From Vicugna vicugna (Eukaryota), in assembly GCA_013265495.1 (NCBI GenBank), contig MU058059.1, forward strand, positions 248,001 to 312,000: a DNA stretch of 64,000 nt, given 5' to 3'. Below the pieces are notes generated by a model that saw nothing but the letters and a program-made list of their open reading frames with translations, was not told where the DNA came from and made no database searches. Within the stretch, counting starts at the first letter, position 1. Every line of letters begins with the position of its first letter. The position numbers were made by a program, and so were the translations under genes. Below are positions 1 through 12,030 of this stretch, one piece after another.

Positions 1-1199
1 ATGTGTCCCCCATGAAATATTTTATCTGTAACATTTAGAGTTTCCTGATCCCCAAAGGAGATTAAAATACATGCTTAATTAAGTCCCACTATACGTTTCA
101 GTTTGAAACATTTGAGTTTCTTGTTACTTAAGACCCAGGAAGTCTTTGATTAGGAAAGCTGCCTTGCCAGGAAATGGATTTTTTTTCCTAGGGGACATAA
201 TTAAAGAGGGCAATACTGCTGAGAGCTGTGCGTGCCAGGGGCCATACACTGTATTTGTCAACAAACACAGTACTTCCTGGTGAGGACAGAGCATCTCAGC
301 TGCTCTACCCGGGATCTTCCCTGAGTGGATTACAGGCCACACCAACAGCACGCCACCACTAATGGCCAAATGCAGAAAACCAAAGCAGACTACAGCCGGG
401 AACTGAATGGTGTGGCCAGAAACCCAAAGGCATTAGAAGATAACAGAACAGAAGGTCTGAGCCCCACCCCCTGACTGTCATCAACCGACCAGGCGGCACT
501 GATGCATTAGGTGGGTGACACGGAACTTCATTCAACAAATTCATTCACATTTACCAAAGGTGGTGGTGGGAAGAGATTTCATCGATGACTCCATGTTTCC
601 AACTGAGCAATGAGGTGTGTGGGTCATGGTGACATAGATGAGGACAGAGAACAGCGGAGGAGCGAGGAGCAGGTGGGAGGGGGCGTTTATGGGTTTGGTG
701 TTGGAAACAATGAGTTTGACGGGTCCGTGAAACACCAGCCGATGTCCTCCTATTTCATACACAGGAACCTAAACAGGATCAATAATGCAGGGCTGGATTA
801 TCAAAGGGAATCAATTCAAACTGTATCGTTCTTGCTTTGCTTTTGAAACATTTAGCAAATATTTATATTTACTTTAATTAATGCTTTGAGTTTCCTTCTA
901 AATCTAGTGCCACAAGCACTCCAGCTGGTTCACCTCAGGTTGGCCCCATTCCTTGCTTTCAAATATAATCTTAAAGACTGCATAATCCTAGCCCTCTTTT
1001 CCTGATATCTAACTTTAAATTACCTGTTCCGGACCAGCTCTGTGCTCTTCACCTGTATGACAATTAGTAAGGACAGAGAACGCCAGAGTCAGCCCGCTGT
1101 CTGGGTTTGTGCCTTTCTCTGCCACGTCCTAGCTGTGTTCTTTGGCAAACTTGTTAGTTGATTCACATTTCAGTTTCTTCATCTGTGAAATGGAGAGTC

Positions 1200-1445
1200 C
1201 ATAGATTTTGGTCTTGATTTATGGCTCAGTATATATTTAAATATTATACATGCACTGAAGAGCAATTAGTATTTCCCAACTTTTGAATAAAAGAGTCCAC
1301 TGATAGTGATTAAATGAAATTTCTTAGTGTACGTTCATATCTTCTATGTCTTCAGTGAGTTTTCTGTGAGTTTCCTCTATCAAAAATAGCTTGAAATCTG
1401 TTACTATGATGGTGGATTTGGTCATTTCTCTCTGAAGTTATATAA
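1200..1445 (-). mobile_element. Old L1 ORF2 (endonuclease-region) fragment
   Basis: 'tgaaatctgttactatgatggtggatttggtcatttctctctgaagtt' resembles antisense L1M ORF2 5' region. Confidence 0.5.
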
Positions 1446-1511
1446 AATGTCCTCATAGGCTATAGTAAAGATTGAGTGAGGCAACTTGGGTAAAGTGCTT
1501 AAAACAATACT

Positions 1512-2006
1512 TGGAGGGTTTCAGAACACATCACCCCAAAATGTGCCACTTCGGCAGAAGAGTTATTTAGAGCCAAAGGCACTTGAAAAATAATGGATGA
1601 AAGTAGAACATCGTGTTCTGAACTCCCCTTGGCTTCCTAAAAGCAGGAGATAAAACCCCACGTGAAAGTCGCCCTCCCTGTCCCAGGAGGAAAGAAACAT
1701 CCTTATCACCCGAGGCAGGGAGTGGAGGGTGAGAGAATTCTGTACAAATAGACCTTGAAAAATAACTCACCTTCCTTTAGCCTACCTGTGTGTTTTAGTT
1801 ACATTTCCACAAATCCCATCTCTTTGTTCAACCTAATATATAAAGACCCAAAGAAGCAGGAAAACCTAAGTGTTTATTTCCTTATGAAGACCCACCCCCA
1901 TGTCATGTAAAATTGATTTTTCTCCTGCTGATTTATCTTATGTCAATTTAATTCTCAGGCTCAACCTAAGACCCTAAGAGGGTAGATTAAAATTCTATCT
2001 CCCTTC
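1512..2006 (+). mobile_element. Solo LTR, ERV1 MER34-like
   Basis: Starts 'tggagggtttcagaacacatcaccccaaaatgtgccacttcggca...'; TATA-like 'aatatataaa' near 1835; ends 'ctcccttc'; 4-bp direct repeat TACT at 1508-1511 and 2007-2010. Confidence 0.75.
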
Positions 2007-2501
2007 TACTGGCACATACCTGAGCACTGATTGTATGTTTGCTATTATGTTTTTAATCATAAATAAAAACCAACAAAAGCCTCAAATTTTTGATGAGCCA
2101 GAGAGAAAGGCATTGTGTATCACTATAATTATTTTGTCACATCGGTACTTTATTTGATGTACAATTCCCAGATTGTATTAGAATGGTAAAAAAAAAAAAA
2201 CCAGCACAAACACTGGTTGTTTAAAATGGTATCTTCTTTTCCCCAAATGTAGCTTTTAAATAAATATTTTAGGTGAACATTTCTAGCACTTGATGAGAAG
2301 AGAGCAGGAATGAAATAAACGCAGCCAACATGCCTTTTTGTTTTCTTACAATTCTCAACAAACTACATCTTTTTACTACGTAGTAAACACTGTCCTTGGG
2401 TATTCTTACGGGGTGAACAAATACTCAAAGAAATGTGAGTTGTGATAAACTCTATCATCCATTCTGTTTTAAAGAAATTATTCTATCATACAACAAAATA
2501 C

Positions 2502-2566
2502 CTGTTTCTTTCAGAGAGTAAGTACTGAGCTTTGCATTGCAAAGGCCAACTTCAGTTATAACTGGT
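2502..2566 (-). other. Candidate internal exon (65 nt); only open frame reads PVITEVGLCNAKLSTYSLKET
   Basis: Minus strand acceptor ttttttctacctag| and donor CAG|gtattt. Confidence 0.35.
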
Positions 2567-3308
2567 CTAGGTAGAAAAAACTCTGCTGTGACTGACTGAG
2601 TTGTCGAGGTGTAAATATCACACCATCACCCCCACCACTGCCATCACCAGTGCTGTGTCTGTATGCGTATGTGCCATACATATCTTTCCTAGAACTTTAA
2701 ACAGCCTCATCTGTATGATCTTCATCCTGGCGGTGAGATGTCTGTGAGACGTGACAAATACACACACTGTCCCACAATTAGATTTTAGTGGCTTTACGTG
2801 TCTGAAATAATCAGTGTACGCAAACAGCACCAGCAGTTCTTGGCTCTAAATTATTTCTGATGTTAAAAAATACAGAAGAATTAAATACAGCAAGCCTTAT
2901 CTCCAAAGACATTAACTTGCAGAGGATTTACAGGATACTGAAACAGAAAAAAATGCCCGGAGGATTAAATCCTCTGCTAAGAGTGATGAAACAGACCGCC
3001 AAAGCTTTACTGATCTATTCCTATTAGGCAGGAAGTTCTAGATCTCTGCTGAGGAAGGACTGGGATTAATCAATACCAAATGATAATTCAACCTCAAAAA
3101 ATAACAGAAAAACATTCAATATTTGCATGATTCCTGTCGTAAATGAATCATCTATTGACCAAAATTTAATTTCTTCTACCCCTGGGGATAAGGCTGCATC
3201 AGGCAAATTGGCTATAAACATAAATTTCAGAGGACAAGAAAGAAAAAAAGAGGGATACCTTTGAACTTACTGGAAGCAGATATAAACCAAGAGCACAGGG
3301 ATATTTAC

Positions 3309-3354
3309 TCAGACTGAACATATGTCTTGAAGAATCTTTCTGTCCAGAGTGTGG
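3309..3354 (-). other. Candidate internal exon (46 nt)
   Basis: Acceptor ctgtctctgtcttgttatgcag|, weak donor TGA|gtaaat; phase-compatible with 2502-2566 (TLWTERFFKTYVQS-E). Confidence 0.3.
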
Positions 3355-3719
3355 CTGCATAACAAGACAGAGACAGAATGCAATTTGCAGACTTTATGCT
3401 CAGACACTGAAAGAGTCGGTCCTGATGGAAGGGTCTTGCGCGCTCTGCACAGTCCTCTGCGATGCATGGGACCACATATCCCGTCTGGCTGGAAAACTCT
3501 GTTGACTTTTCCCATTAGTCTTGCCAGGCTCAGAGGACTTAATTATGGCTACATTTCCCCAACTGTGTTCATCTTTTAGTCACAAATAAACATTTCTTAG
3601 CCTTGTAGAATTGCAGTGGAGGAGAAAAGTGGCATCTCCGTTAACCTCTAAAGCCACGGTGTGGGCCCTGGTCAGCTGGAAGGCCTGCAGAGGTCCTGAG
3701 AGCCAGCTGGAGCTTTCAG

Positions 3720-3905
3720 GTCAGCCCTCATCTTTAAAGCAGCCTCGCAGACGGTAACGTTGCCCACCCCCCCATTTTAGAGATGAAGATCCTAGGTACA
3801 CAGACCGGTTCAGTGACTTCTCCCAGCTCGTCCTGTTAACACGAGGAAGAGCCAGGCTCTGAATGCAGATCTTTCTGCACCCAAAACCCTGCTCCTTCAA
3901 CTTTA
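3720..3905 (-). mobile_element. MIR SINE
   Basis: 'cccattttagagatgaagatcctaggtacacagaccggttcagtgacttctcccag' matches antisense MIR core. Confidence 0.7.
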
Positions 3906-5353
3906 CCGCCAAATAGGTGCCATATTAGTTGATGAACTGACTCACTCACATGCTGTGCCTGGTTTTAAGAAGCATTTCATATGACCTGCATCCTGAGACT
4001 GCAAGAAAAGGACGGGAATTAATCCCTTAAGGATGTTTATCCTAAATCTTTTTTTTTTTTTTAAATATTGGAGATAGCTGAGGCCTCAAGACTCAGCCAA
4101 GGACATACACTAAGGTAATTACCAAGTTGCACTAGCATCTTTCCTTTAAGCTTAACATCAGGCATGCCATAGCAGGGCGTGAAAATTTCAATTTTCTACT
4201 GTTAAAGTGACTTATAAAAAATTTTCATTATAAAATGTCAAGATTTGTGGTTTTATCCATTATTATTTACACTAATCCACAATTATAGCAGGTTTCCAAG
4301 GGTGCATTTTGAAGCAGATGCCACTACAGAGCCCATAAGAGGGAAAAAATATGTGGGAACTTGGTTTAAAAACATACAGAATAAATTTCACACTGAGCTC
4401 TAAAAGTAGGCATTGAGCCCGATTTCTGGAATAAATCAAAGAGTAGGCAGAAAACAGACAGCAGGAACAGTTATTTTAGCAAGAAAAGTAGGATAAATTT
4501 ACCGAGCCAATCACGGGATGATGTATGCAGATAAAGGATGTGGAGAGAAAATGTGCAGCACTGATGCATGAGCACATTTGGATGCAAGAAAGCAAAAAAC
4601 CAGGAAGCACAATTGTCCTAAATGTGAATAAACATTCAAATGATGCTGCAGCTGCAAAATTTAAACTCAAGGAAGAGACGTTTGCAAAGGAATTTATTAA
4701 CTAGATGTGATTTCCTGGTTTCATATACCCAGTGGCTCTTTTATAAAGTAAAATGTACAATTTGTCTTGATACAAATGACATGTCCCCCTTGTTGTACTC
4801 AACAGCAAAAAGTCCTTTGCGAAAACCCCTGCTTATTAAAGAGCACAATACTGTTGACACCCGGACACTCAGGCTCTGAACGCAGTCACTCCTTCCAGTC
4901 AATCTGATATGGCGAGCGCGGTCTTACACGATAAGGAGGGCGCCGCGTGATGACAGTTGGTTCTTCCCTAATGGCATATGCCAGGGCAGTTTCTTTGCAG
5001 GCATGAAGTTTCTTACTGAAACCAACCCTTGGCCGCCAAACCTGTCCGTCTGTTTCTCCTTCCCCCTCCCTCCCTTCCTGTATCTATATCCATCAGTCTA
5101 TCCAGCCAGTCAGCCAGCCACTGTCCATCCAACAAATATTTATGGGTCCATAACACAGTGGGGGATATAAAAATGTAATAAAAAGCTAACAGTTGGGGAT
5201 TTTACAGTATTACGATGGTATTTGACCAGAAAGCAGAACCTATTCTTAAACTCATACACCTCTCCACAATGGTGATGTTGGCAAGTGAGCGATCAGTCTT
5301 TGACCCAAACTGCAATGTAGAAATCATACTGCCAGTCTAGATTATTTGTTTTA

Positions 5354-5533
5354 CAGAGTGGTTCTCAAGGTAAGGTTCCTGGGCCAGCAGTAGCAACAGA
5401 GCCTGGGAACTTCTTAGCAACGCAAATTCTTGGGCCTCGTCCTTGACCAACCTATGTCTGAGAACGAAAATGCATCAGAATCACTTGGAAGACTTGATAC
5501 ATCACAGAATTTGCATCACTAATCAATGGTCTA
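5354..5533. mobile_element. MER5A-like hAT-Charlie DNA transposon
   Basis: 'cagagtggttctcaagg...gggccagcagtagcaacagagcctgggaacttcttagcaacgcaaattcttgggcc'. Confidence 0.6.
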
Positions 5534-6739
5534 GATCACCAGTGAGTGAAGTCAAGGAATAAGAAACAGGTCTGAAACTTAGAGAGGCAGGTTTTAAATG
5601 TTTGATTAAGAAGTTTGGACAAGGACGACTTGGTAAATCAGGGAATGTTTTCTGAGCAAAGAGCAGACATGACTGGAACTTTTATTTGGGAGGACACTGG
5701 AGCCACATGAGACCACCGAGAGACAAAGGAGAGGCCAAGGCGCTGTTCAGGTGAGAAGACGCAATAATCGAATCTCTCTGTGTGATGATGCAGGAACCTA
5801 CCAGGCCTCAGATGAAATATGACCATTCACCCATCTGCATCCTATACTCAGGGTGGGGTTCGCTCTAAGAGGTATCTCTCCTCTATCGCAGGGGTTCTCT
5901 TCATTCTGCAGTTTGCTTCTGCTCACCATGGGGACTTCCGCCTGCCACCTGTCACTGCTTCCTTGGTCCCCCCACCCTGCCACTTTCTGCTACTCTTTCT
6001 CCTCTTGCCCCCACTCATTTCCAGTTGCTTCATTAGAAATTCACATGTCAGTGTTCATCAGCTGAAATGCTTGCTTGTTCATTTGTTTTAACAGCTGCTC
6101 CTTAGAGAGCTCACCAACTACGTTCCTCCCCCGAACAAAGGATCTTCGAGGTCAAAACACAACCACAGCCTTGACCTGGCTTTATTTTAATCTGTTGAAT
6201 GTCCTCATGTGGGAAAAAAAGACCTGATTCACTTTACTGTGTTAAATTTATTTTGCCAGCTGACTGTCCTTGTAACTTTATATTTGAACATGCACAATTT
6301 AAATCACGCTTTTCACACAAAGAATGACACTAACCAAGTTGTTTCCAAATAGGAAACATAATTATATTTTTGTGCATCCACAGACACCTTCTTGTATGTA
6401 AATCAATATACAGTGAGTAATAAGTTCAGGTATAATAAAATGTTATTATCTTTTCTCTGTTTCAACATTGTGGTCACACTTCAAATCTTACTATATAATG
6501 TGGACCAAGATGTACTTCTCACTCTGACATGGACAATTTATTGATGAAGAACTTAGATCCAAAACAGAGTTCGCTTTGGTTTAATGCCATTTGGATGTAA
6601 CTCTTTGATGACTATGCCATTTGGGTAGAACTCTTTAATGTCTTTAAAACACAAAACATTTTCTTCCTGGAGATAGTTCATTTAAGAGAATAATGGGATG
6701 TATTTCATGACTGAAAATAAAGTAAAACTATAATGGACA

Positions 6740-7130
6740 CTTCTGGTTCCCTGCCTCACACCCGCTTGGCCCATCTCTGATTTCAGCCACAGCTGCACAG
6801 ACAGATGATTCTGTGCCTCTCAGATTGTCTGTGCCTTTATAGTGTCTACCACAAATGACAAGTGCCAGAACGGCCCAGAAACGGAGGACTTAATGCTCAG
6901 GGAGCAATACATAACCAAGGGGAAAAAGCCAGTGGGTCAACCTTTTGCCATCCACCTTTCAGGCAGAAATTTCAGGAGTGGTCCCGGACCCTCCCATGCT
7001 CCCACATACATGGTGAACTCATTCATCTGCTTTTATGTTGGTCTTTGCTTCTTCCTCCCATTCATTCTCCCTGATCAGCAGGGTCAGCTCCCCAGTACAT
7101 GACCGTGTCCCAGCCACTCAGGCAAGCAAC
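6740..7130 (+). mobile_element. ERVL LTR16-like solo LTR
   Basis: 'cttggcccatctctgatttcagccacagctgc...ggaggacttaatgctc...cttcttcctcccattcattctccc' resembles LTR16 family. Confidence 0.55.
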
Positions 7131-7730
7131 CAATAAAGATGATCGATTACCAATACATTGAGCAATAACCACGCCCTTTTGATCTGACGCCATGTATGTA
7201 GTACTTTTGATTTTTACATACTGAAGACCTTTCCTTTTTCTTTCCATAAACTACATAATGAAAGGAGTGGAGACCACAGCATCACCTCACGTGTTCCCAC
7301 TGCCTGTCTCATCTCACACAGATCAAGGTGATCAGGTCTGTGCTGATGAATTCCAATCCGTGCAGCAGTCTAAGAAAAAGAAGCTGCTGCTACGCCATCT
7401 CCTCCCACGGTCCCATGCCTGAGTACAACCTTGCGGCCCACAGATTGACGAAGACAGCATTTGCCCAATCTGCCACTCTAGACCAACCCTGAGAATGGAG
7501 ATTCAACGTATAAAACACAGCCGATTCAGATTCTGAACAGGCCACCAAGGAGTTAAAACACAGACTTCAAGAAGTCTCAGCCTATTAATACACCTGGAAT
7601 TACAAGCCAGAACTGCTTATATTCAACTATACCACGTGATCAAAAAAGAGAAAAGAAGTCGCTTCATGTAGGGTGACTGAAGAGGAAGCTGGAGGGATAT
7701 GCTGTTTTAGAGGAGAGGAGACAGTTTTAC

Positions 7731-7837
7731 CTTTGAAGATCAATCTTCCATTTTTCTTGCTTCTAAGGCAGAAAAGATCCAAACTTTGCAGGTTCTTTCA
7801 ACCCGCTGTCACTCTTGGTTTGTGACACTTGACTGTT
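7731..7837 (-). other. Candidate exon (107 nt), stop codon in all three frames
   Basis: Branch-like ctaat, then gcgttttgttatgtttcag| acceptor; donor AAG|gtaaaa. Confidence 0.4.
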
Positions 7838-9579
7838 CTGAAACATAACAAAACGCAACAATTAGACACAGTAACGAGCCTGAAACAAAGAGACACTTAA
7901 GAAGATCACACAAGAGCCACTCTGGAAGCCTTCAAATTTAACGTGTGAGAGGAGACTCATAGAAAATCTGCGTGGCAGGGTTCTGGCCTGATGCTATGCT
8001 TTGTATTCTTATGCTTCTCAGAAAAGGACATCAACCATAAAAAGTGAAAAACAATGTCACCATAATAAATAGGTTTGATATTCTACAATCTACTCTTCAA
8101 CTATTAACATTTATATCCTCTTTAAAAAGCAGTGAGATGCAAGCACTTATCGTTTGCTTTTGTAAGATGCACACACAAGACTGTGTCCACTTGCTGTGCA
8201 TTGTTTATCAACGCTGCAGCTCACAGATGGGGCTTAAAAAAGGGGTTAACAAGTATTCTTTCCAGGGCAGCTCTTTCGATATCACAAGAGGACACCAATC
8301 ACGGCAGAGTCTTCCCAAGAGCACTGCTAGGTGCTGGCTAATGCCTCCGCCAAACCGTCACACCCCACGCCGCCCCGATCCCGGTCCGTAACAGCGGCTT
8401 CTCGTGAAAGGGACACAATGGAACTTGCAGCCGGGGCCAAACGCAGAGCGGGGTGCCTATTATGATCACATCCCACGCTTCATGCGGAGCTGTGGTCTTC
8501 CTTTCCGAAAGGTCACAGAGCCAAGGACCTGTGTCACACACACACAGATGACCTGGTGTTGAAAATGAAGGTCTCAGCAGAGCTCTGTTTCTGTTTGCTC
8601 CTAAGCAATGTGATTTTGCGGTCCTCGGCAGCACATTCAAAGTGTCCACAGGGAATGAGAAGACTAGTTCATCTAAGTAGTAAGCAGAGATGGAGGGAGG
8701 TTCAGAACTGAACCCAGGAGTGAGTAATTTCTTACCTCTGAATTATTTACAAGAATTACAGTGCCCGAATAAATGGCAGACATCATTTCATAGAAGAATT
8801 AGAGGCCAGAAGAGGTGACGGGGCTTGCCTAATTTTACTCAATAGACGCAAAAATAGAAGGACATCTCAGAATCTTTGCCTCGAAGTCTGATCCCTTTAT
8901 AAACCGACGGCACGGTATTTGTTTCCAAAAAGAACACTAGTCATTCAAGAAGTTCAGGGCTAATACAGTTTTCTGCAGAATTTGTTCAAGCAAGATTTTG
9001 AGACTGGCAAAGCTGACAGGTCAAGAATTAGAATTACGACGCCAGGAGAGGTAACAACGCAAGAACAGCGCCAGCACAGCAGTCTCATTTATTTCCATAG
9101 CACATAAAGCATGTTGGGAATACCTGACTTTTACGTGTCTTTCACTTACCCATTTTGTAAAAGATAAAAATGATCTTTCATGAGCAAAAACTTGCAGGTA
9201 TAACCACGATTACAAGCCCTGGTTTATATATGATTATTGTATTAAACATTCTTAATACTGAAGTAAACCACAGGAACTCTGAAAGTTTTCCCTACGTATG
9301 AGAAACAGGCTGCTCAAGGAGATACTAAAAATTGCTAACGTTTTAAATATGTAGAACTGACCATTTATTTCACTTATCAATATTTATGGACAATCTGTTT
9401 TGTGTTAGGTATTGTTCTTAATTTTCTGTAGGAAAAATGAAAAGCTTATGCGATTTCTGACAAAGACACCCAGATGCACAGTGAAAGTCAATTTCATTAC
9501 AACTGGAATGTTTTCCAAGTTAACTACGATTTAGGTAAACAAGGATCTTAAACAATGGGAGATGTCTTACGTGTCATCT

Positions 9580-9760
9580 AGTCTATGGCTTCTCAAGTGT
9601 GGCTGATAATCAAAATCTGGAAAGCTACTGAAAACACAAACTAGAGAATTTCAGACGAGCGCCAGAAGTCAGACTCCTCACGGGTGGAGTCCAGGGGAAC
9701 ACGCACTTTGCAGACGCTCCCCAGTTCACCCTCCTGATCAAGCAGGTCTGGCAAACTTAG
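9580..9760. mobile_element. MER5-family DNA transposon remnant
   Basis: 'tggcttctcaagtgtggctgataatcaaaatc...cagacgctccccag...caggtctggcaaac'. Confidence 0.45.
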
Positions 9761-10209
9761 ATTCTTGCCTGATGTCCTCATTACACAGACGAGGGAACTG
9801 AGACCAGGGAATGACTTGCCCGAGGCATGTGTCCTTGGTGACAGAACTGAGATGAGAATGCAGAATTCTTGATTCTTTGGTATTTTTTTCCTTCCTCTTC
9901 CCCTAAGAGTCCCTCTTTTATTCTTTTCTTCCTCTTTCCTATCACTATGTAACTAATATATAGTCTCCATATCTGAGAAAGAACAAGAGTAAAAGAATGA
10001 TTAAAAAGAAAAAAAGAAAAACTACACACACAGAGGAATCTGAACTTGAGCTGTCTGATTCAGTAGTGTGCTTTCCACTACCCCACCAGGTTTTTCCGGA
10101 GTGACCGACTTCGGGGGATCTGCGCAGCACTCCACAGTCCCCACCCTTCAAAGGTGCCCTCCAGCCACTGTCTGTCATTGAATCCTCACCCCTGGCCATC
10201 AGTGACGGC

Positions 10210-11000
10210 GGTTGGGGGGTGGCAAGGGAACCTAAGAAAGTGAGTGTGCCAAACCTTGAAAGATGTACAGGAGTTAGTCACATGCCAGAGAAGGGTGCTG
10301 CAGGCAGAGGGGATGGCCAAGGTCAAGCCCCAAGGTGGGAGCGCTCCCAGGGGCTGTCCCTGGAGTTGCTGGGTCAGTTGGGATTGAGCGGAGCTGGAAG
10401 GGGAGATTGGCAGATCAATGGAGGGGCAGCTGGGGGGGGCAGGGGCGACTGTGGGGAGGTGGAGGGAGGGATGGGTCAAGGCTGGCTCAAAGTTTTGGGG
10501 CTTCTACTCTGAGAGTGAAATGGGGGCCAATGCAGGAGCCTGAGCTCAGAACGGACAACAGGCTCATCAGGGCTGCCCTCTGGGAACAGCACAGGGGAGG
10601 CCAGGACAGACGCAGGTGGGAAGCGCGTGTTCTCGGGGAGAGGGGACGCAGGCCCAGACTCAACGTGGCCCTGGCCAGGGGCGGTCAGAGCCGGCCTGTG
10701 TTTCTTCCAAAGCAAGAGTCAAAAGGGTCTGCTGATGGATTGAGTGGAGGGAGTAAGGGAAGAGGGAGGTCAGGGATGACCCCGAGGCTTCGGGCCCACA
10801 CAACGGAAGAACTGTCGTCATCACGGAGATGAGGGCGGCTGTGGCCAGACGGAGCTGTGGGCGAGGAGGGGGAGCCCATCTGCATGCCGAACCTGAGAGG
10901 TCAGTGCCGGCGGGCTTGCCGCGCGGGCGGCTGGACACGCGATACTGGAACACGGGGGAGGGAGTCTGCGCTGGAGTCTGCATGCAGATCTCCCAGAAGA
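10210..11000 (+). mobile_element. L2 LINE 3' region, unusually GC/CpG-rich
   Basis: L2-typical phrases 'ggctgccctctgggaacag', 'gctgatggattgagtggagggagtaagggaagagggaggtcagggatgacccc', 'ggggagggagtctgcgctggag'. Confidence 0.65.
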
Positions 11001-11639
11001 CTTCCTGGCCTCGCGTGGTAACGGGCAGCGTTCTTATTTTCACCTACCACAGATGACCATGTGGGCGACATTAAACCGACTAATACATGTAAAGTCCAGT
11101 AATTGGTACATAACTGAACTCAGTAAATTTTAATTCCTTTTATTTCCTGCTTTTATTTCCAAATATTTATTTCTCTATTGACTAGAAGATTAAGTCTATC
11201 TCAGAGTGAAAAAAATCAATTTTCCACAAGACGTAATAAAAACCACGCTTTACACTCTGGCAGTCCTTTATAAAATACAGTGAAAATAATCTCCTGATAA
11301 AATATTAATGAGAGTACTCAATAAGCCAGAGCAGAACTTTCAGGGAGCGCGGGAAACTCTGATTTGGGCACAAGCTGAAATATCTAAAGTAAAAATAAAA
11401 ACAGACCTGAAATAAATCCAGGGACCTGAAGTCACTCAACTTCTCTCCAGTGTCCCTTGATTTTTATTAATGGCTAACAGTCCTTTGGGACAAAGAAGAT
11501 ACAGACACGTGGGGGAGGGCTCATTCGGCCTGAGGCCCCCGCGCACAGCTGGGAGCTCTGGAGATGCTGGAAAGAATTCTACCGTCTACAACTGTACCTT
11601 TAACATGGGCTTCTTGATTCATAAAATGCCTCTTCAGCT

Positions 11640-11800
11640 GAACACATTTAACTAGAAGCCATCTCAGTTCAAACCCGGTTTTACAGACGAGGTTATGAGG
11701 GCGGAAGAGGAGATGTATTTTATCCAAAGCCACAGTCAGTCGACAGCAGAGCCAGAACTAGACCCAACACCTTCTAACTTTCAGTATAGCTGTCTTTCCA
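11640..11800 (-). mobile_element. MIR3/MIR-like SINE
   Basis: 'ttttacagacgaggttatgagggcggaagaggagatg...ccaaagccacagtcagtcgacagcagagccagaactagaccc'. Confidence 0.55.
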
Positions 11801-11887
11801 CTCAGTTTCTCTTAATTGTTTTTCTTTACCCAATTACCTCTTTTACCAAATAAGCATAGCCATTTTCTGAAATCTCAGGTTTTATCA

Positions 11888-12030
11888 TAAAATTTTACTC
11901 AGATTTTTAATATAAAACTTTACTCAAAATTTTTTATATAAATTATATATAAATAATGTATATAATATATTATGAATTTTTCTGTATAAAATTTTACTCA
12001 AATTTTCTATATAAAATATTACTCAAATTA
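11888..12030. repeat. Degenerate ~24-bp AT-rich tandem repeat around a TA-rich core
   Basis: Four copies of (t)aaaa[t/c]tttactca-like unit: aaattttactca, aaactttactca, aaattttactca, aaatattactca. Confidence 0.7.

Larger units (their letters stand above)
1085..2045 (+). mobile_element. MIR SINE split into three pieces (~1085-1195, ~1449-1511, ~2011-2045) by an L1 fragment and an LTR
   Basis: MIR core 'cagtttcttcatctgtgaaatgg'; continues 'cctcatagg...gtaaagtgcttaaaacaatac' and 'ctggcacata...gcact' after the inserts. Confidence 0.7.

Noticed and set aside
2981..3016. C/D box snoRNA-like GTGATGA...CTGA with short terminal stem
   Set aside because: Only ~36 nt, too short for a C/D snoRNA, with no C'/D' boxes
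8624..8636. 'tcggcagcacat' matching the U6 5' stem-loop
   Set aside because: 12-nt match with no continuation; expected by chance
10335..10832. 165-aa plus-strand ORF and overlapping ORFs
   Set aside because: Lies within GC-rich L2-derived sequence; composition is Gly/Arg-biased and no domain is recognisable
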